Positions 1 through 10,098 are shown, counted from the first letter of the stretch. The stretch is DNA of 64,000 nucleotides from Spirochaetia bacterium (GCA_963675665.1 OY776510.1:2368001-2432000), one strand, 5' to 3'. The notes: generated by a model from the letters alone, not told the origin. Program-made: numbers and translations.

Positions 1-2
1 AT

Positions 3-917
3 ATATGCAGTTTTCATTCTTGTATAAAAACCGGAAAATACATGCTGTCGAAGAGAAAGCGCGGAAAGGGCATAATACCGGTAGTTCAGAATAAGTCTTG
101 AGGTGGTATATTCAAAAGGTTTAACCACTTCAGCTTTCATCTTGTTTCCTTCCTCTTCCTTTCCTTCCTCAAGCAGGGCTTTTTGCTGTTTTCTGAGTTC
201 GGTCAGTTCCGCTTTGTTGGTTTCATATAATGCCGCCCAGTATTCAATCTGTTTCACAAGATCATCCAGCTGGATTGAAAGACTCTGTATTGCTGCGGAA
301 GGTTCACCCATCATTTTATTAATTTTTTCGGAATTCCATGCATCAAACTCAAGTTTGCCTTCCATAACCGGGAATTTTTCTCCGGGGGGCATTCCCGCCG
401 CGACCTCAACACCTTCATTTTTCTCAAGTATCACCGATTCGCCCTGTCCGCTTACTTCCACAGCTCCGGTCTCAACCGTAACCAGTGATGAGCCGTCAGC
501 CCCGGCGTAAACGGTAAACTCGGTGCCCCGTACGCCCATAACAGTCGACGGTGTTGAGATAAGCGGCTCATTAGTCATTCGGTTGAACTTAAACGAAACC
601 TGCCCCAGGGTTGTTGAAACAACAGACTGTTTTTTTCCGTTGACATCCATCTCCTTGATTGAAAAAACAGTTCCGGGTTTTACTATTATGCGGCTTCCGT
701 TCTGGGGTTCAAGTTCGGCAACACCGTCGTCGCCTGTAATAACGGTATCGCCGTTATAAACCCTGTCGCCTATAAACAGTTCGAATATTTCGCCGGAGCT
801 GTCTTTAATATCTACCCAGCCGTCTATGAAAACGACATCGGATTCCTGTGCATAAAGTCCTGCGGCACAAAAGAGTACAATTGCGGCTGTTATAAACGGT
901 AAAATATTTCTTTTCAT
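3..917 (-). CDS. FecR-domain secreted protein (3' end runs off the window start)
   Basis: Absent from the ORF track. Manual translation from ATG at 917 (TGATG overlap with the upstream stop): MKRNILPFITAAIVLFCAAGLYAQ signal peptide, 'GDRVYNGDTVITGDDGVAEL', 'TPSTVMGVRGTEFTV' FecR motif, then a coiled-coil; frame open to the window edge. Confidence 0.85.
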   Translation of the reverse strand, partial: MKRNILPFITAAIVLFCAAGLYAQESDVVFIDGWVDIKDSSGEIFELFIGDRVYNGDTVITGDDGVAELEPQNGSRIIVKPGTVFSIKEMDVNGKKQSVVSTTLGQVSFKFNRMTNEPLISTPSTVMGVRGTEFTVYAGADGSSLVTVETGAVEVSGQGESVILEKNEGVEVAAGMPPGEKFPVMEGKLEFDAWNSEKINKMMGEPSAAIQSLSIQLDDLVKQIEYWAALYETNKAELTELRKQQKALLEEGKEEEGNKMKAEVVKPFEYTTSRLILNYRYYALSALSLRQHVFSGFYTRMKTAY

Positions 918-1372
918 CAGAAAGGACCTCCGAATGCAATAATTCTGTTTGTGCCGTTTCCGACGGGGCCGAGTATAATCGCATAATCGGCCGAATCAGT
1001 ACCTATCCTGAAAAACATTGACTGGGCCGGGATGTACCTGCTGAAGAATGCTTCTGTTTCGGGGCTGTTGCCGAAAAGAGTCTTGTCGGAACCCTGCGGT
1101 GGCCGGCTTTCAAGAATTACCGGATTGTCCATTTTAAAACCTGAATCAGAAAGCCCAAACCAAAGGCTGTCTATTATTGCAGGACTGTGGAGTATCTCTG
1201 CATCAAGCAGGAACGAATCGGAGCTGAGTTCTGTAAGCTCAGCGTGATTTCCGCTGTTAATCAGCCCGATGATTTCCAGGATGTCCTCGTCCCCAGCAGG
1301 TTTTATGCTTGCGCACCCTGCAGCAAGAATTACCGTCAATAAAACTAACCCAAAGAATTTTATTAATTTCAT
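917..1372 (-). CDS. Hypothetical lipoprotein
   Basis: MKLIKFF...ILAAGC lipobox; translationally coupled to the FecR gene. Confidence 0.75.
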   Translation of the reverse strand: MKLIKFFGLVLLTVILAAGCASIKPAGDEDILEIIGLINSGNHAELTELSSDSFLLDAEILHSPAIIDSLWFGLSDSGFKMDNPVILESRPPQGSDKTLFGNSPETEAFFSRYIPAQSMFFRIGTDSADYAIILGPVGNGTNRIIAFGGPF

Positions 1373-1402
1373 ATAATAATTATACCGTTAATTCATTTAT
1401 TC

Positions 1403-1888
1403 TCATAGTCTGAAACCGTAAGTAAGGGTAAGGTCGGGGATAAAATCAAGATCATATCCTGTTTTATCCGTAGAAATCATAAAAGGAATACCGCCGCCGC
1501 CTTTCAGCCCAAGCCGGTGTTTCTCGTTAAACTCATAATAAACGCCCAGTCCGGCCCCTGTGCTGAGCATTGTATCAGGAAATGACGGAGTAAAAACTGT
1601 GTATCCGTCCATTAGACCTGCAAAAAGTTCAATTCCGAAACCCTCCGTATCCGGCATGAAATCCCAGACACCGGTCAGGTCGTACAGAAGCGCAAAGTCG
1701 CCTTCAAGTGAAAATAACGACGAGCCGATTCCCGTTCTGAGTGAGAAATTGTCTGTGAAGTAGAACTGTGCTCCGATTTCAAGCCGAAGGTCCCATCCTG
1801 TACTGACCTGAAGTTCGGTTTTTTCATATGCGTACAATGATGCTGATACCAGCAGAAGAATGAAAAATATGCAAATAATTTTTTTCAT
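1403..1888 (-). CDS. Small outer-membrane beta-barrel protein
   Basis: Signal peptide MKKIICIFFILLLVSASLYA (start 1888 preferred over 1912), alternating amphipathic strands, C-terminal 'LTLTYGFRL'. Confidence 0.65.
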   Translation of the reverse strand: MKKIICIFFILLLVSASLYAYEKTELQVSTGWDLRLEIGAQFYFTDNFSLRTGIGSSLFSLEGDFALLYDLTGVWDFMPDTEGFGIELFAGLMDGYTVFTPSFPDTMLSTGAGLGVYYEFNEKHRLGLKGGGGIPFMISTDKTGYDLDFIPDLTLTYGFRL

Positions 1889-1946
1889 ATCTGATTCCTT
1901 CGTTCCCCGCATAGAGTGTAACGCAGAAGTTTAAGGAAAACAAGAT

Positions 1947-2347
1947 TTAATAACAGACCCTGTTTCTGCCTTCCTTTTTGGCTTTATACAGATTCTTATC
2001 GGCTACTTCTATTAAATTTTCAATGCTGGCCGGTTCAATAAAGGATTCGGCTATTCCCATACTTACTGTAACGGTTCCGGATTCTCAGCCATAATGCCTT
2101 CAGCAAAGGTGCTTTTTATATCCTTTGTATTTATAAGTGTTTCAAATATTAAATCAGCAGTTTCGGAATAAGCGCTGACCGTGATTTCGTATTCATCGCG
2201 GATCATATCCATATAACCGTCGAGGGTTTCCTTTTTCATTTGTGCGAAATACTGAAACATCATGAAGTAAATGGCTGCGAATAAAACAAATATGAGAGAT
2301 ATTATGATTAGAAGTAACGGGTGCTCATTTTTTTTCTTCATAACCAT
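1947..2347 (-). pseudogene. Internally deleted membrane sensor diguanylate cyclase (N-terminal TM/sensor start joined out of frame to the GGDEF C-terminus)
   Basis: ORF 2063..2347 has a TM helix and the start of a periplasmic domain, then stops. In another frame from ~2080 to stop 1947-1949 the minus strand reads GTVTVSMGIAESFIEPASIENLIEVADKNLYKAKKEGRNRVCY*, the typical GGDEF-domain tail. The GGDEF motif itself is missing. Confidence 0.8.
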
Positions 2348-2446
2348 TAATATTTTAATAGAAACAAATCCAAAACGCTACAAATTAAAAAAATATTACA
2401 GGGTTGGTTATGGATATTTATACGGTTGTAAAGTAAACTCGTCTTT

Positions 2447-3874
2447 ATGGCTTTTTTAAGTAAAAATACAACATTAAAAAAACTTCTTGTAATAGCAGTG
2501 CCTATGGTTATTTCCCAGGCATCGGATACCATAATGCTGTTTGTTGACAGGCTTTTTTTGTCCCGTCTCGGTGAGGAATATCTTGCAGCTTCAATGAGCG
2601 GCGGTTTGACACAATTTATGGTTAGTTCATTCTTCATAGGTACTATCGGTTATGTGACTGCTGTTGTCGCCCAGTATTTTGGCGCCGGCAAAAAGGAAAA
2701 GTGTGCCGAAGCTGTGTTTCAGGCCGGACTGCTTTCATGTTTGTGTTACCCGGTGATTCTTGCCATGGCGCCTCTTGTAAGGTTGTTTTTTTCAGCAACT
2801 GGACAATCCGTTATGCAGGTGGAGCTTGCCTATACTTATTTTCAAACCCTGATTTTCGGTGTCATATTTCTGATTCTGAGAAATGCCCTGGCCGGTTTTT
2901 TCATCGGGATAGGCAGGACTACCATGGTTATGATAGCCAATACCGCCGGAATGCTGGTTAACATACCGGCAAATTACCTGCTTATCTATGGGAAAATGGG
3001 CTTCCCGGCTTTTGGACTGCGGGGCGCAGCAATAGGTACAATATGCGGAAACGCTGTTATCTTTATAATTCTGATTTCATTTTACTTCAGGAAGAAAAAC
3101 AGGGATGAATTTTTCACCCATAAAGCAGCGGGCTTCCGCCCTGCAATTCTGCGGACTCTTCTGAAATTCGGTGTTCCCGCGGGTGTAGAGATGTTTCTTA
3201 ATGTAGCAGCCTTTAATCTGTTTGTTCAGACAATGCATACCTACGGAACAAAGGTGGCAGCCGCTGTAACAGTTGCATTTAACTGGGACGTCGTATCCTT
3301 TCTTCCCATGCTGGGGATGGGGCATGCCGTAACGTCTCTTGTGGGGCAGAATGTAGGTTCCTGCAATATCGATGAGGCTGAGAGATCGACATATACCGGG
3401 CTTCACACCGCCTGGGTGTATTCAGCGACCATGGTTTTTGTTTTTGTTATTTTTGCCAAAACGCTCGCTTCTCTTTTTTACCCTGAAGACTCAGGCGGTC
3501 CGGACGAACTTGCAGTACTCATGCTTCGCCTTGCGTCTATTTATATACTTGCCGATTCGGCGCAGATTGTATTTGTCGGAGCTCTAAGGGGGGCAGGAGA
3601 TACCCGCTGGGTAATGACCGCATCAGTTGCCCTCCACTGGGGTTTTTCAGTTATAGTTATTTTCCTTATCAGGGTTATACATGTAGATCCTGTAACAGCA
3701 TGGCTTGTATTTATCGGTTTTGTTGTGGTTTTGGGAATAACCATGTTTCTGCGCTTCCGGGGTGGAAAGTGGACTGATAAAAGCATTATTGCGGCCGGCG
3801 ATCATTCTGATTACCGTTACAGTTCCGGGGCCTGTCCCGAGATTGTTACTGATGAGCCTGTAAACGATGCCTGA
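2447..3874 (+). CDS. MATE family efflux transporter
   Basis: ~12 TM helices; 'IAVPMVISQ...FVDRLFLSRLG', 'NIPANYLLIYG...FGLRGAAIGT', 'GALRGAGDTR' MATE signatures. Confidence 0.95.
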   Translation: MAFLSKNTTLKKLLVIAVPMVISQASDTIMLFVDRLFLSRLGEEYLAASMSGGLTQFMVSSFFIGTIGYVTAVVAQYFGAGKKEKCAEAVFQAGLLSCLCYPVILAMAPLVRLFFSATGQSVMQVELAYTYFQTLIFGVIFLILRNALAGFFIGIGRTTMVMIANTAGMLVNIPANYLLIYGKMGFPAFGLRGAAIGTICGNAVIFIILISFYFRKKNRDEFFTHKAAGFRPAILRTLLKFGVPAGVEMFLNVAAFNLFVQTMHTYGTKVAAAVTVAFNWDVVSFLPMLGMGHAVTSLVGQNVGSCNIDEAERSTYTGLHTAWVYSATMVFVFVIFAKTLASLFYPEDSGGPDELAVLMLRLASIYILADSAQIVFVGALRGAGDTRWVMTASVALHWGFSVIVIFLIRVIHVDPVTAWLVFIGFVVVLGITMFLRFRGGKWTDKSIIAAGDHSDYRYSSGACPEIVTDEPVNDA

Positions 3875-3963
3875 ATATTTTGTTCCTTAATAGGAACCTG
3901 CCGGAACAATAACCGAAAAACACCGGCGGATGTATTGGGGATTTTTATCTGCCTGTTTGTTCT

Positions 3964-3998
3964 GCCCGGCAAAGAGTTGCCTGCCGGGCTTTTATTTT
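3964..3998 (+). terminator. Intrinsic terminator between the convergent MATE and M48 genes
   Basis: GCCCGGCA...TGCCGGGC stem followed by TTTTATTTT. Confidence 0.7.
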
Positions 3999-4714
3999 CA
4001 GACCAGCATTGTCCGGTAATTGTCGTTCAGTTTTTTTTTGCGTGATTTCCAGTCAGGGCAAACTCTGGTTACCAGTTTATAAAAGCGCGGGCTGTGGTTC
4101 TGTTCAATTAAATGGCACAGTTCGTGCAGCATTACATAGTCGATACATTCTGCGGGTGCTGAAACAAGCTCGAGATTAAGATTTATTCTGCCTTTTGCCG
4201 AGCAGCTGCCCCAGCTGCGTTTAAGCACCCGGCTTTTCAGCTCAGGAGTATTTTTTATTCCTATTGCCTGGACAGCTTTCATACAGAGCGCCAAACGCCT
4301 TGGGAAGATTATTTCAGACTGCTTTCTGTACCACTTCTGCAGCAGTTTTTTCTTTTGGTCGGTATCATATGATTCCGGTGCGGTTATTACCAGCGAATCA
4401 TTTGCGATATGGACTGACGGTTTGCCTGAAACAAAATGAAGTATAAACAGTTTGCCGAGATAACTGACGTTTTCTCCTTCTGTAAAACCCTGTCCGGGAT
4501 TTGCCGACGGCAATTTGGAGAATTCAAGCTGCTTTTTGATGATCCATTCGGCACGTTCGGATACCTGCTTCAGAAGTACCCTCCCGGATGTAAATTTGGG
4601 AGCAAGAACCCGTACCGTCCGGTCGCGATGAACCTGTATGGAAGTTGTTTTCCTGTTTCGAAGTTCAACTGTAAAGTTTATTTCATGTTGTCCGTGTTTT
4701 ATTTTATATTCCAT
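3998..4714 (-). CDS. YgjP/DUF45 (M48-like) zinc metallohydrolase
   Basis: 'KRSWGSCS..GRINLNLEL...CIDYVMLHELCHLIEQNHSPRFY' (HExxH). Confidence 0.9.
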   Translation of the reverse strand: MEYKIKHGQHEINFTVELRNRKTTSIQVHRDRTVRVLAPKFTSGRVLLKQVSERAEWIIKKQLEFSKLPSANPGQGFTEGENVSYLGKLFILHFVSGKPSVHIANDSLVITAPESYDTDQKKKLLQKWYRKQSEIIFPRRLALCMKAVQAIGIKNTPELKSRVLKRSWGSCSAKGRINLNLELVSAPAECIDYVMLHELCHLIEQNHSPRFYKLVTRVCPDWKSRKKKLNDNYRTMLV

Positions 4715-4784
4715 ATATCCGTTCGCCAGAACTATACTACAGAGACTGATTTTATGTAACTATGATGTTTTAAAAGAAGCTCTA

Positions 4785-4814
4785 TTGACTTATCAATAAA
4801 AAGAAATGTATTCT
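4785..4814 (+). promoter_or_regulatory. Probable sigma70 promoter for the riboswitch-led operon
   Basis: TTGACT (4785-4790), 18 nt spacer, TATTCT (4809-4814), just upstream of the riboswitch P1 stem. Confidence 0.5.
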
Positions 4815-4828
4815 TAATTACTAATTAA

Positions 4829-4970
4829 CAGTATGTTTCAATGGAATGAAGGTGAGATTCCTTCGCGATCCCGTCACTGTGATAGGGAAGGTTACGCATA
4901 AGCCACTGGCGAAAAGCCGGGAAGGCGCAGAACCTGTAAAACCCTTAAGTCAGGAAACTTTGGCATACTG
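4829..4970 (+). ncRNA. Cobalamin riboswitch
   Basis: P1 CAGTATG(4829)/CATACTG(4970); 'GGAATGAAGGTGAGATTCCTT' T-loop arm; 'CCCGTCACTGTGA'; 'GCCACTGG...CCGGGAAGGC'; B12-box-like 'AAGTCAGGAAAC'; upstream of a TonB-receptor operon. Confidence 0.92.
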
Positions 4971-5084
4971 CAATATATTCAGACTTCGCGGACTGAGTCG
5001 GAATGTGCCTTATGCTGATAAAGAAACATTAAGGTTTATCCCCCGAACAGTTCCTCGAATGAAAGTTTTTTCATGGAGGAAATG

Positions 5085-5837
5085 ATGAAAAAAACACTAT
5101 CTATCTTGAGCGCCCTGGCAATCGCAGCGGTGCTTCTGGCGTCCCTGGCAGGATGCGGTCAGGTTCCGACACTTACCCTAAGTGATACGGAAATAACTAT
5201 CACAGAAAAAGAAGGGGCTTACCTTGCTGTCTCGGCAACCGCAGCAACAGGCCGGGACGATACTGTTACCGTAGCTTCTTCTGATGAGACTGTGGCTACT
5301 GCAACAGTCAATACTTCAGGCACCCAGGTTAATATTACGGCGGTAGAAGTCGGCACTGCAACAATTACAGTAACAAGCGCTTCCGGTGAAACTTCTTCCT
5401 GTGCTGTAACCGTTGAAGAAGGTATTGAGGTCTACGGAACATGGATAGATTCTTATGACGGAAAGAGAGTTATTACCAATAAGTACCTCATCTCATACAA
5501 CACGTCCTCGGATACAGAGTCCGCATATGTTTTTTCGATTGAGGAGTTTAATAACAGCGCGTGGAACGGCGGGGAGACAGGAGCCAATGATTGCGGGTAC
5601 GCGGTTTGCTTATGCATAGACCCTCCGTCATGGAATACTGACCAGAAAGGAACATATACGGTTTTCAGATGGCAGAACCTGGATACAAGCGGGAGCGCTA
5701 CAGTTTATGAATTTTCAGAGGGATCCCCTCCGGCATGGCCGAACGGTTACGAGGATTCTGCTGATGATGCCAAAGCAAATGCAACGGATGCGAACGGATG
5801 GTTCGGCTTTGGATATTCAGCCGGAACCCTGCAGTAA
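5085..5837 (+). CDS. Surface lipoprotein: Ig-like (Big_2-type) domain plus unknown aromatic-rich C-terminal domain; first gene under the B12 riboswitch
   Basis: LAGC lipobox; 'VTVASSDETVATATV...ITAVEVGTATITVTS' Ig-like motif; SD GGAGGA at 5075-5080. Confidence 0.75.
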   Translation: MKKTLSILSALAIAAVLLASLAGCGQVPTLTLSDTEITITEKEGAYLAVSATAATGRDDTVTVASSDETVATATVNTSGTQVNITAVEVGTATITVTSASGETSSCAVTVEEGIEVYGTWIDSYDGKRVITNKYLISYNTSSDTESAYVFSIEEFNNSAWNGGETGANDCGYAVCLCIDPPSWNTDQKGTYTVFRWQNLDTSGSATVYEFSEGSPPAWPNGYEDSADDAKANATDANGWFGFGYSAGTLQ

Positions 5838-5881
5838 ATAAAAACGGCGGGCTCCTGTTTTCAGGGGCTCGTTGCAATCTT

Positions 5882-6997
5882 ATGAAAATGAGTTTCAGCC
5901 GGCAAAATATTACGATTTTTACAAGTATACTCTCGGCAATACTGATATCCTGTTCAGGAATGAATCCCGACCCGCAGACGCAGGATACTCTTGTGTCAGG
6001 CGGCGGCACGCAGGATACAACATCCGATGCTCTTCCTGCTGGATATATTCCGTCAGGCTGGGTTGAACCTGTGCTTTTTTATAATCCGGATGAATATTTT
6101 CCCGCTGAGGTAACAGCTTATGTTCAGGCTCCCGGACAGTTTGCAAACGATTCGACTTACGGAATCAGCGGCAATACAGCCAAGCTTCTCGGGGTTCCTT
6201 CCGGAGGAGGTACGACGGCTCCCGACAACAGTTCCTTAATATCTCCGGGTATGGCAGGCGGTTCGGTGACGGTGAAATTTGAGCCGCCGATCGAGAATCA
6301 TGCCGACAATATCGGCGGTTATGATTTTATCGTTTTCGGAAATGCATACTGGTACGGCGGTAGCCCCTCAAACGGCTGCTGGCAGGAGCCGGGTGTTATC
6401 TGGGTAATGAAGGATCAGAACGGCAATTCGGATCCGGATGATACCTGGTACCTGATTCCGGGGTCACACCTGTCGGTTGCTGATTCGCCGCAGGATGTGA
6501 TTTACGATGATACTGATTCCGCTTATCCGCCGCCTGAAGACAAAAAATCCGCATGGTGGCCGGACGAAGTCTCTTCTCCTCTGACAATCAACGGCCAGAT
6601 GCTTCTGCCTGATGAGCTTTTCAGTTCAACCGGCGGCGGGGAAGCATGCTGGGGTTACGCCGACGTCACCCCGACATTGAAGCTGGGCGATATGTCGGGC
6701 GCTTCAGTTAGCAGCAGTACCGATAATTTGCTTAATGATGCTGAAGACTATCCCGAAATAGAGCCTGTTTATTTCTATACAACACCTGATACTCATGGCG
6801 ACGATAAAATTGATACGGGAACAGGCGGCGGCGACGCAATCGACATCAGCTGGGCCGTTGATCCTGATACCTTTATTTCAGCAGATCTGGATGAAATCAG
6901 CTGGATCAGGATTGCCGGGGCAACAACACTAACAGGCACTGTGGGTGAATTCTCTCCCGAGATTGACGGCGTTGCCAGGGTCAGGAGGACCGACTGA
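5882..6997 (+). CDS. BtuH-like cobamide-binding surface lipoprotein
   Basis: ILISC lipobox; 'YVQAPGQFAN', 'GMAGGSVTVKF...YDFIVFGNA', 'EPGVIWVMKDQNGNSDPDDTWY', 'WGYAD', 'GGGDAIDISWAVD' resemble the Bacteroides BtuH-type B12-binding domain as recalled; riboswitch context. Confidence 0.72.
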   Translation: MKMSFSRQNITIFTSILSAILISCSGMNPDPQTQDTLVSGGGTQDTTSDALPAGYIPSGWVEPVLFYNPDEYFPAEVTAYVQAPGQFANDSTYGISGNTAKLLGVPSGGGTTAPDNSSLISPGMAGGSVTVKFEPPIENHADNIGGYDFIVFGNAYWYGGSPSNGCWQEPGVIWVMKDQNGNSDPDDTWYLIPGSHLSVADSPQDVIYDDTDSAYPPPEDKKSAWWPDEVSSPLTINGQMLLPDELFSSTGGGEACWGYADVTPTLKLGDMSGASVSSSTDNLLNDAEDYPEIEPVYFYTTPDTHGDDKIDTGTGGGDAIDISWAVDPDTFISADLDEISWIRIAGATTLTGTVGEFSPEIDGVARVRRTD

Positions 6998-9015
6998 TGA
7001 AAAAAATTACTTTCGTATTACTTTTGATACTATTTTCAGTTTTTATTACTTTTCTTCTGCCGGCGCAGGATCCCCGGGAACCGTCTGAAGCCGAAAAAAT
7101 CACCATAATTGCAGACTATGAACCTATGGATCCCGAAAATATATCGGCCCAGGTAACCGTAATAACATCCGATGAAATCAGGGCTGCAGCGCCCAGGACA
7201 GCTGCCGACATAATTGTGCCGGTGCTTGGGGTGCAGCTGAGCAGGTACGGCGGGGTTACGGCCCCTTCCGTTGTCTCAATACGGGGGTCTTCACCTGAGC
7301 AGGTGCTTGTTCTGGTGAACGGAAAGCGGTTGAACTCCGCCCAGGGCGGGGGCGTGGATTTCAACACAATAAACCCTGGTGATATTGAGCGCATCGAGAT
7401 TGTCCGGGGCGGCGGAAGCGCGCTGTTCGGAGAAAGCGCATTCGGCGGGGTAATAAACATAGTCACCAAAGACGGGTACGGAAAGGATCTGGACGGCTCA
7501 ATAGAATATGAGTTCGGTTCTTTTAATACCCATTCGGTGAGTGCTCAGGTTCTGGGAGGATTGGGAGAAACCAAAGCTTTTGATTATTTTCTGTCGGCGA
7601 AAGGAACATTTTCAGAGGGGACATATTCATATGAAGATGAACACGCCGAGGACGGAGAGAATCTCCGCGGGAATGCAGGAGGAATGTTAGGTGATTTATC
7701 CTTCAAGGCGGGCTGGGATATTGATAAAGAATCCGGTCTGAGGCTGTCTGTTTCCGGTCAGGGCCATGCTGATGAGAAGGGTGTTCCGGGCCTGACCGAA
7801 TTCCCGACTGAAACTGCTGAAATGAGCGATCAACGCTACCTTGGGCTGGTTACTTTTAATTATCTGGATAATCCGTTTGCCGGTATAACGCTTGATGTTT
7901 ACGGAGGCAGGCAGTACAGGCACTACACGGATCCCGCTTTTTACCTTGGCGCCGTGGATGATACCCATGACAATATTTCAGCAGGAGCAGATCTTTCACT
8001 TTCCAGGCAGGATGATTTATCGGCAGTTTTAACGGATACCTCGGCCGGGTACTCATACCGCCGTGATTACCTTGAATCTACCGGGCTTATTAAAACCGGG
8101 GGCGATGAAAGCGAGGGCAATGTTCAACGGCAGAGTCACAGCGCATTTTTCAGAAGCGAGTTCAATATTCTGCCTTTTAAAGATACAAAGACGGGACGGC
8201 TGATTTTATCCCCGTCAATCCGTTTTGACAGTCACAGGGTTGTTTACGCAGATGATGGTATTGATAAATTTGAATATGCCTTCAGCTGGAATGCCGGAGC
8301 GATGGTCCCCTTCTCCAGTGGAAAAGAGGTTATCCTGAAGGCAAATATCGGCACTGCATACCGGCTGCCGTCATTTGATGATCTGTTCTGGCCGGCTACG
8401 GCCTTCGCAGCCGGTAACCCGGGACTGCTGCCTGAAGAGGCTTTTATCTATGATATCGGGATTCTGATTCAGCCCTATGATTTCTTTTCTCTGGAACTTG
8501 TGCATTTCAGCCAGGACGTTACAAACCTTATTCAGTGGAACCCCGGGGCAAACGGACAATGGCAGCCGGAAAATATAGGAAAGGCCCTTCTTAACGGTTT
8601 TGAAGGGGAGGCAAAATTCCTGTTTCCGCTTTTTTGGGCTTCAGGCTACCTTGAAATGAAAGGAAACTATTCATATCTTTTTGCCAGGGATATGGTTGAA
8701 GGAAGTTCAACATACGGAAAACAGCTTCCGAGAAGGCCCTTCGAAAAAGGAAATGTGACAGGTACATTCAGCCATTTTGACGGACACAGCCTGCGGGTTG
8801 AAGGACGCTTTGTCGGTTTCAGGTATATCACGGCGCAGAATACAAAGTATCTGCCTTCCTGCTTCATTATAGACGCCGCAGGCCGTTTTCAATTTACTGA
8901 TTATCTTTCACTGACAGCATCATTGAAGAACCTTCTGAATGAATCCTATGTTGATATGAGAGAATATCCGGTGCCCGGACGGGAGTTCAGCATTGCCTGT
9001 TTGGTGAGTTTTTAG
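6997..9015 (+). CDS. btuB: TonB-dependent receptor, BtuB-like (cobalamin)
   Basis: Plug motifs 'VSIRGSSPEQVLVLVNG' and 'DIERIEIVRGGGSALFGESAFGGVINIVTK'; barrel 'AYRLPSFDDLFW', 'NLLNESY...YPVPGR'; terminal Phe; B12 riboswitch upstream. Confidence 0.85.
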   Translation: MKKITFVLLLILFSVFITFLLPAQDPREPSEAEKITIIADYEPMDPENISAQVTVITSDEIRAAAPRTAADIIVPVLGVQLSRYGGVTAPSVVSIRGSSPEQVLVLVNGKRLNSAQGGGVDFNTINPGDIERIEIVRGGGSALFGESAFGGVINIVTKDGYGKDLDGSIEYEFGSFNTHSVSAQVLGGLGETKAFDYFLSAKGTFSEGTYSYEDEHAEDGENLRGNAGGMLGDLSFKAGWDIDKESGLRLSVSGQGHADEKGVPGLTEFPTETAEMSDQRYLGLVTFNYLDNPFAGITLDVYGGRQYRHYTDPAFYLGAVDDTHDNISAGADLSLSRQDDLSAVLTDTSAGYSYRRDYLESTGLIKTGGDESEGNVQRQSHSAFFRSEFNILPFKDTKTGRLILSPSIRFDSHRVVYADDGIDKFEYAFSWNAGAMVPFSSGKEVILKANIGTAYRLPSFDDLFWPATAFAAGNPGLLPEEAFIYDIGILIQPYDFFSLELVHFSQDVTNLIQWNPGANGQWQPENIGKALLNGFEGEAKFLFPLFWASGYLEMKGNYSYLFARDMVEGSSTYGKQLPRRPFEKGNVTGTFSHFDGHSLRVEGRFVGFRYITAQNTKYLPSCFIIDAAGRFQFTDYLSLTASLKNLLNESYVDMREYPVPGREFSIACLVSF

Positions 9016-10098
9016 GTGGAAATGATGAAGAAAAAAGTGGTTAAGTCCGCTGTTCTGCTGTCGGCTGTTTTTGTTGTATTTTCCTGTATGCGCGACCCGT
9101 ATGTTACGCCGTCCAGGCGTACTTTTCAGGACTTCGATAAAGAACTTTTTGTTATCAATACTCTTGCAGAAACTGTTTCGGTTATAAACGGTGATGACAC
9201 CAACGAGGTTTATTCTGATGTATTCACAACAGGAATGTGGCCGAACCATTGCCTTTTTCACAGGGGAAATATCTACTTCGTCAATTCGGGTGACAATAAT
9301 ATAACCGTTTACAACGAATCAACCTTTGAGTATTTGGGCGAGATTTATCTGGGCCCCGGTTCTAACCCCTGGATGGTAATTCAGAAAACCGGAACCGATA
9401 CAGCCTGGGTACCATGCTTTGCTTCAGGAGATATGGTCGTTGTCGATCTTGAATCACTTACTGCAGGGGACAGGATCCAGCTGGGAAACGGCCCCGAAGG
9501 CGGTACATATCAGGATGGAAAAGTCTATGTAGGCAATACCGCCTGGGACTACCAGTCTTTTGATTTCGGCGAGGGCACAGTCAGCGTTGTAGACGGCGGA
9601 ACAGGCGAACCGGTGAAAACCATAACCGTCGGAATAAATCCCCAGTCAGTTATACCGTTTCCTGATCTGCATGAAGTTCATGTTATATGCACCGGAAAAA
9701 ACGGCGGAGCAGGTTCGGACGACGGCAAAGTTATTGTCATAGATACATTGACTGATACGGTAACCGCTAATATTGAAATCGGCGGGTCTCCGGTGGGCGG
9801 CATCGGCGGAATAGACAGCATTGCAAACAGGGTTTATCTTTCAGGCGTCGGCGGCATCCTCTGCTATAACTATATAACAAAAGCCGTCATAAACGGTTCC
9901 GGAAATTATCTTCTTGAAGGACAGGACACGGACGGGGATTTTTTCTCCGGTCTGGTTGTAGATGAAGATTACCGGCGTCTTTATGTATGTTTCTTTTCGA
10001 ACGATTCGATTATTGAGATTGATCTTGAAAGTTTATCCCTTGTAAAGGAGATTGAAGGTTCAGATGGGCCGCAGTCTGTATATTTATACGAAGAATAA
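9016..10098 (+). CDS. YncE-type beta-propeller lipoprotein, BtuG-like
   Basis: VFSC lipobox; repeated YVTN-like blades ('TVSVIN', 'VYVGNT', 'TVSVVD...ITVGINP'); directly follows the receptor. Confidence 0.75.
   Translation: MEMMKKKVVKSAVLLSAVFVVFSCMRDPYVTPSRRTFQDFDKELFVINTLAETVSVINGDDTNEVYSDVFTTGMWPNHCLFHRGNIYFVNSGDNNITVYNESTFEYLGEIYLGPGSNPWMVIQKTGTDTAWVPCFASGDMVVVDLESLTAGDRIQLGNGPEGGTYQDGKVYVGNTAWDYQSFDFGEGTVSVVDGGTGEPVKTITVGINPQSVIPFPDLHEVHVICTGKNGGAGSDDGKVIVIDTLTDTVTANIEIGGSPVGGIGGIDSIANRVYLSGVGGILCYNYITKAVINGSGNYLLEGQDTDGDFFSGLVVDEDYRRLYVCFFSNDSIIEIDLESLSLVKEIEGSDGPQSVYLYEE

Noticed and set aside
3998-4714. Type I restriction-modification or defence locus around the YgjP/M48 gene
   Set aside because: No hsd or other defence genes are adjacent.
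4846-5085. 79-aa ORF upstream of the B12 operon
   Set aside because: Overlaps the cobalamin riboswitch and has no protein-like features.
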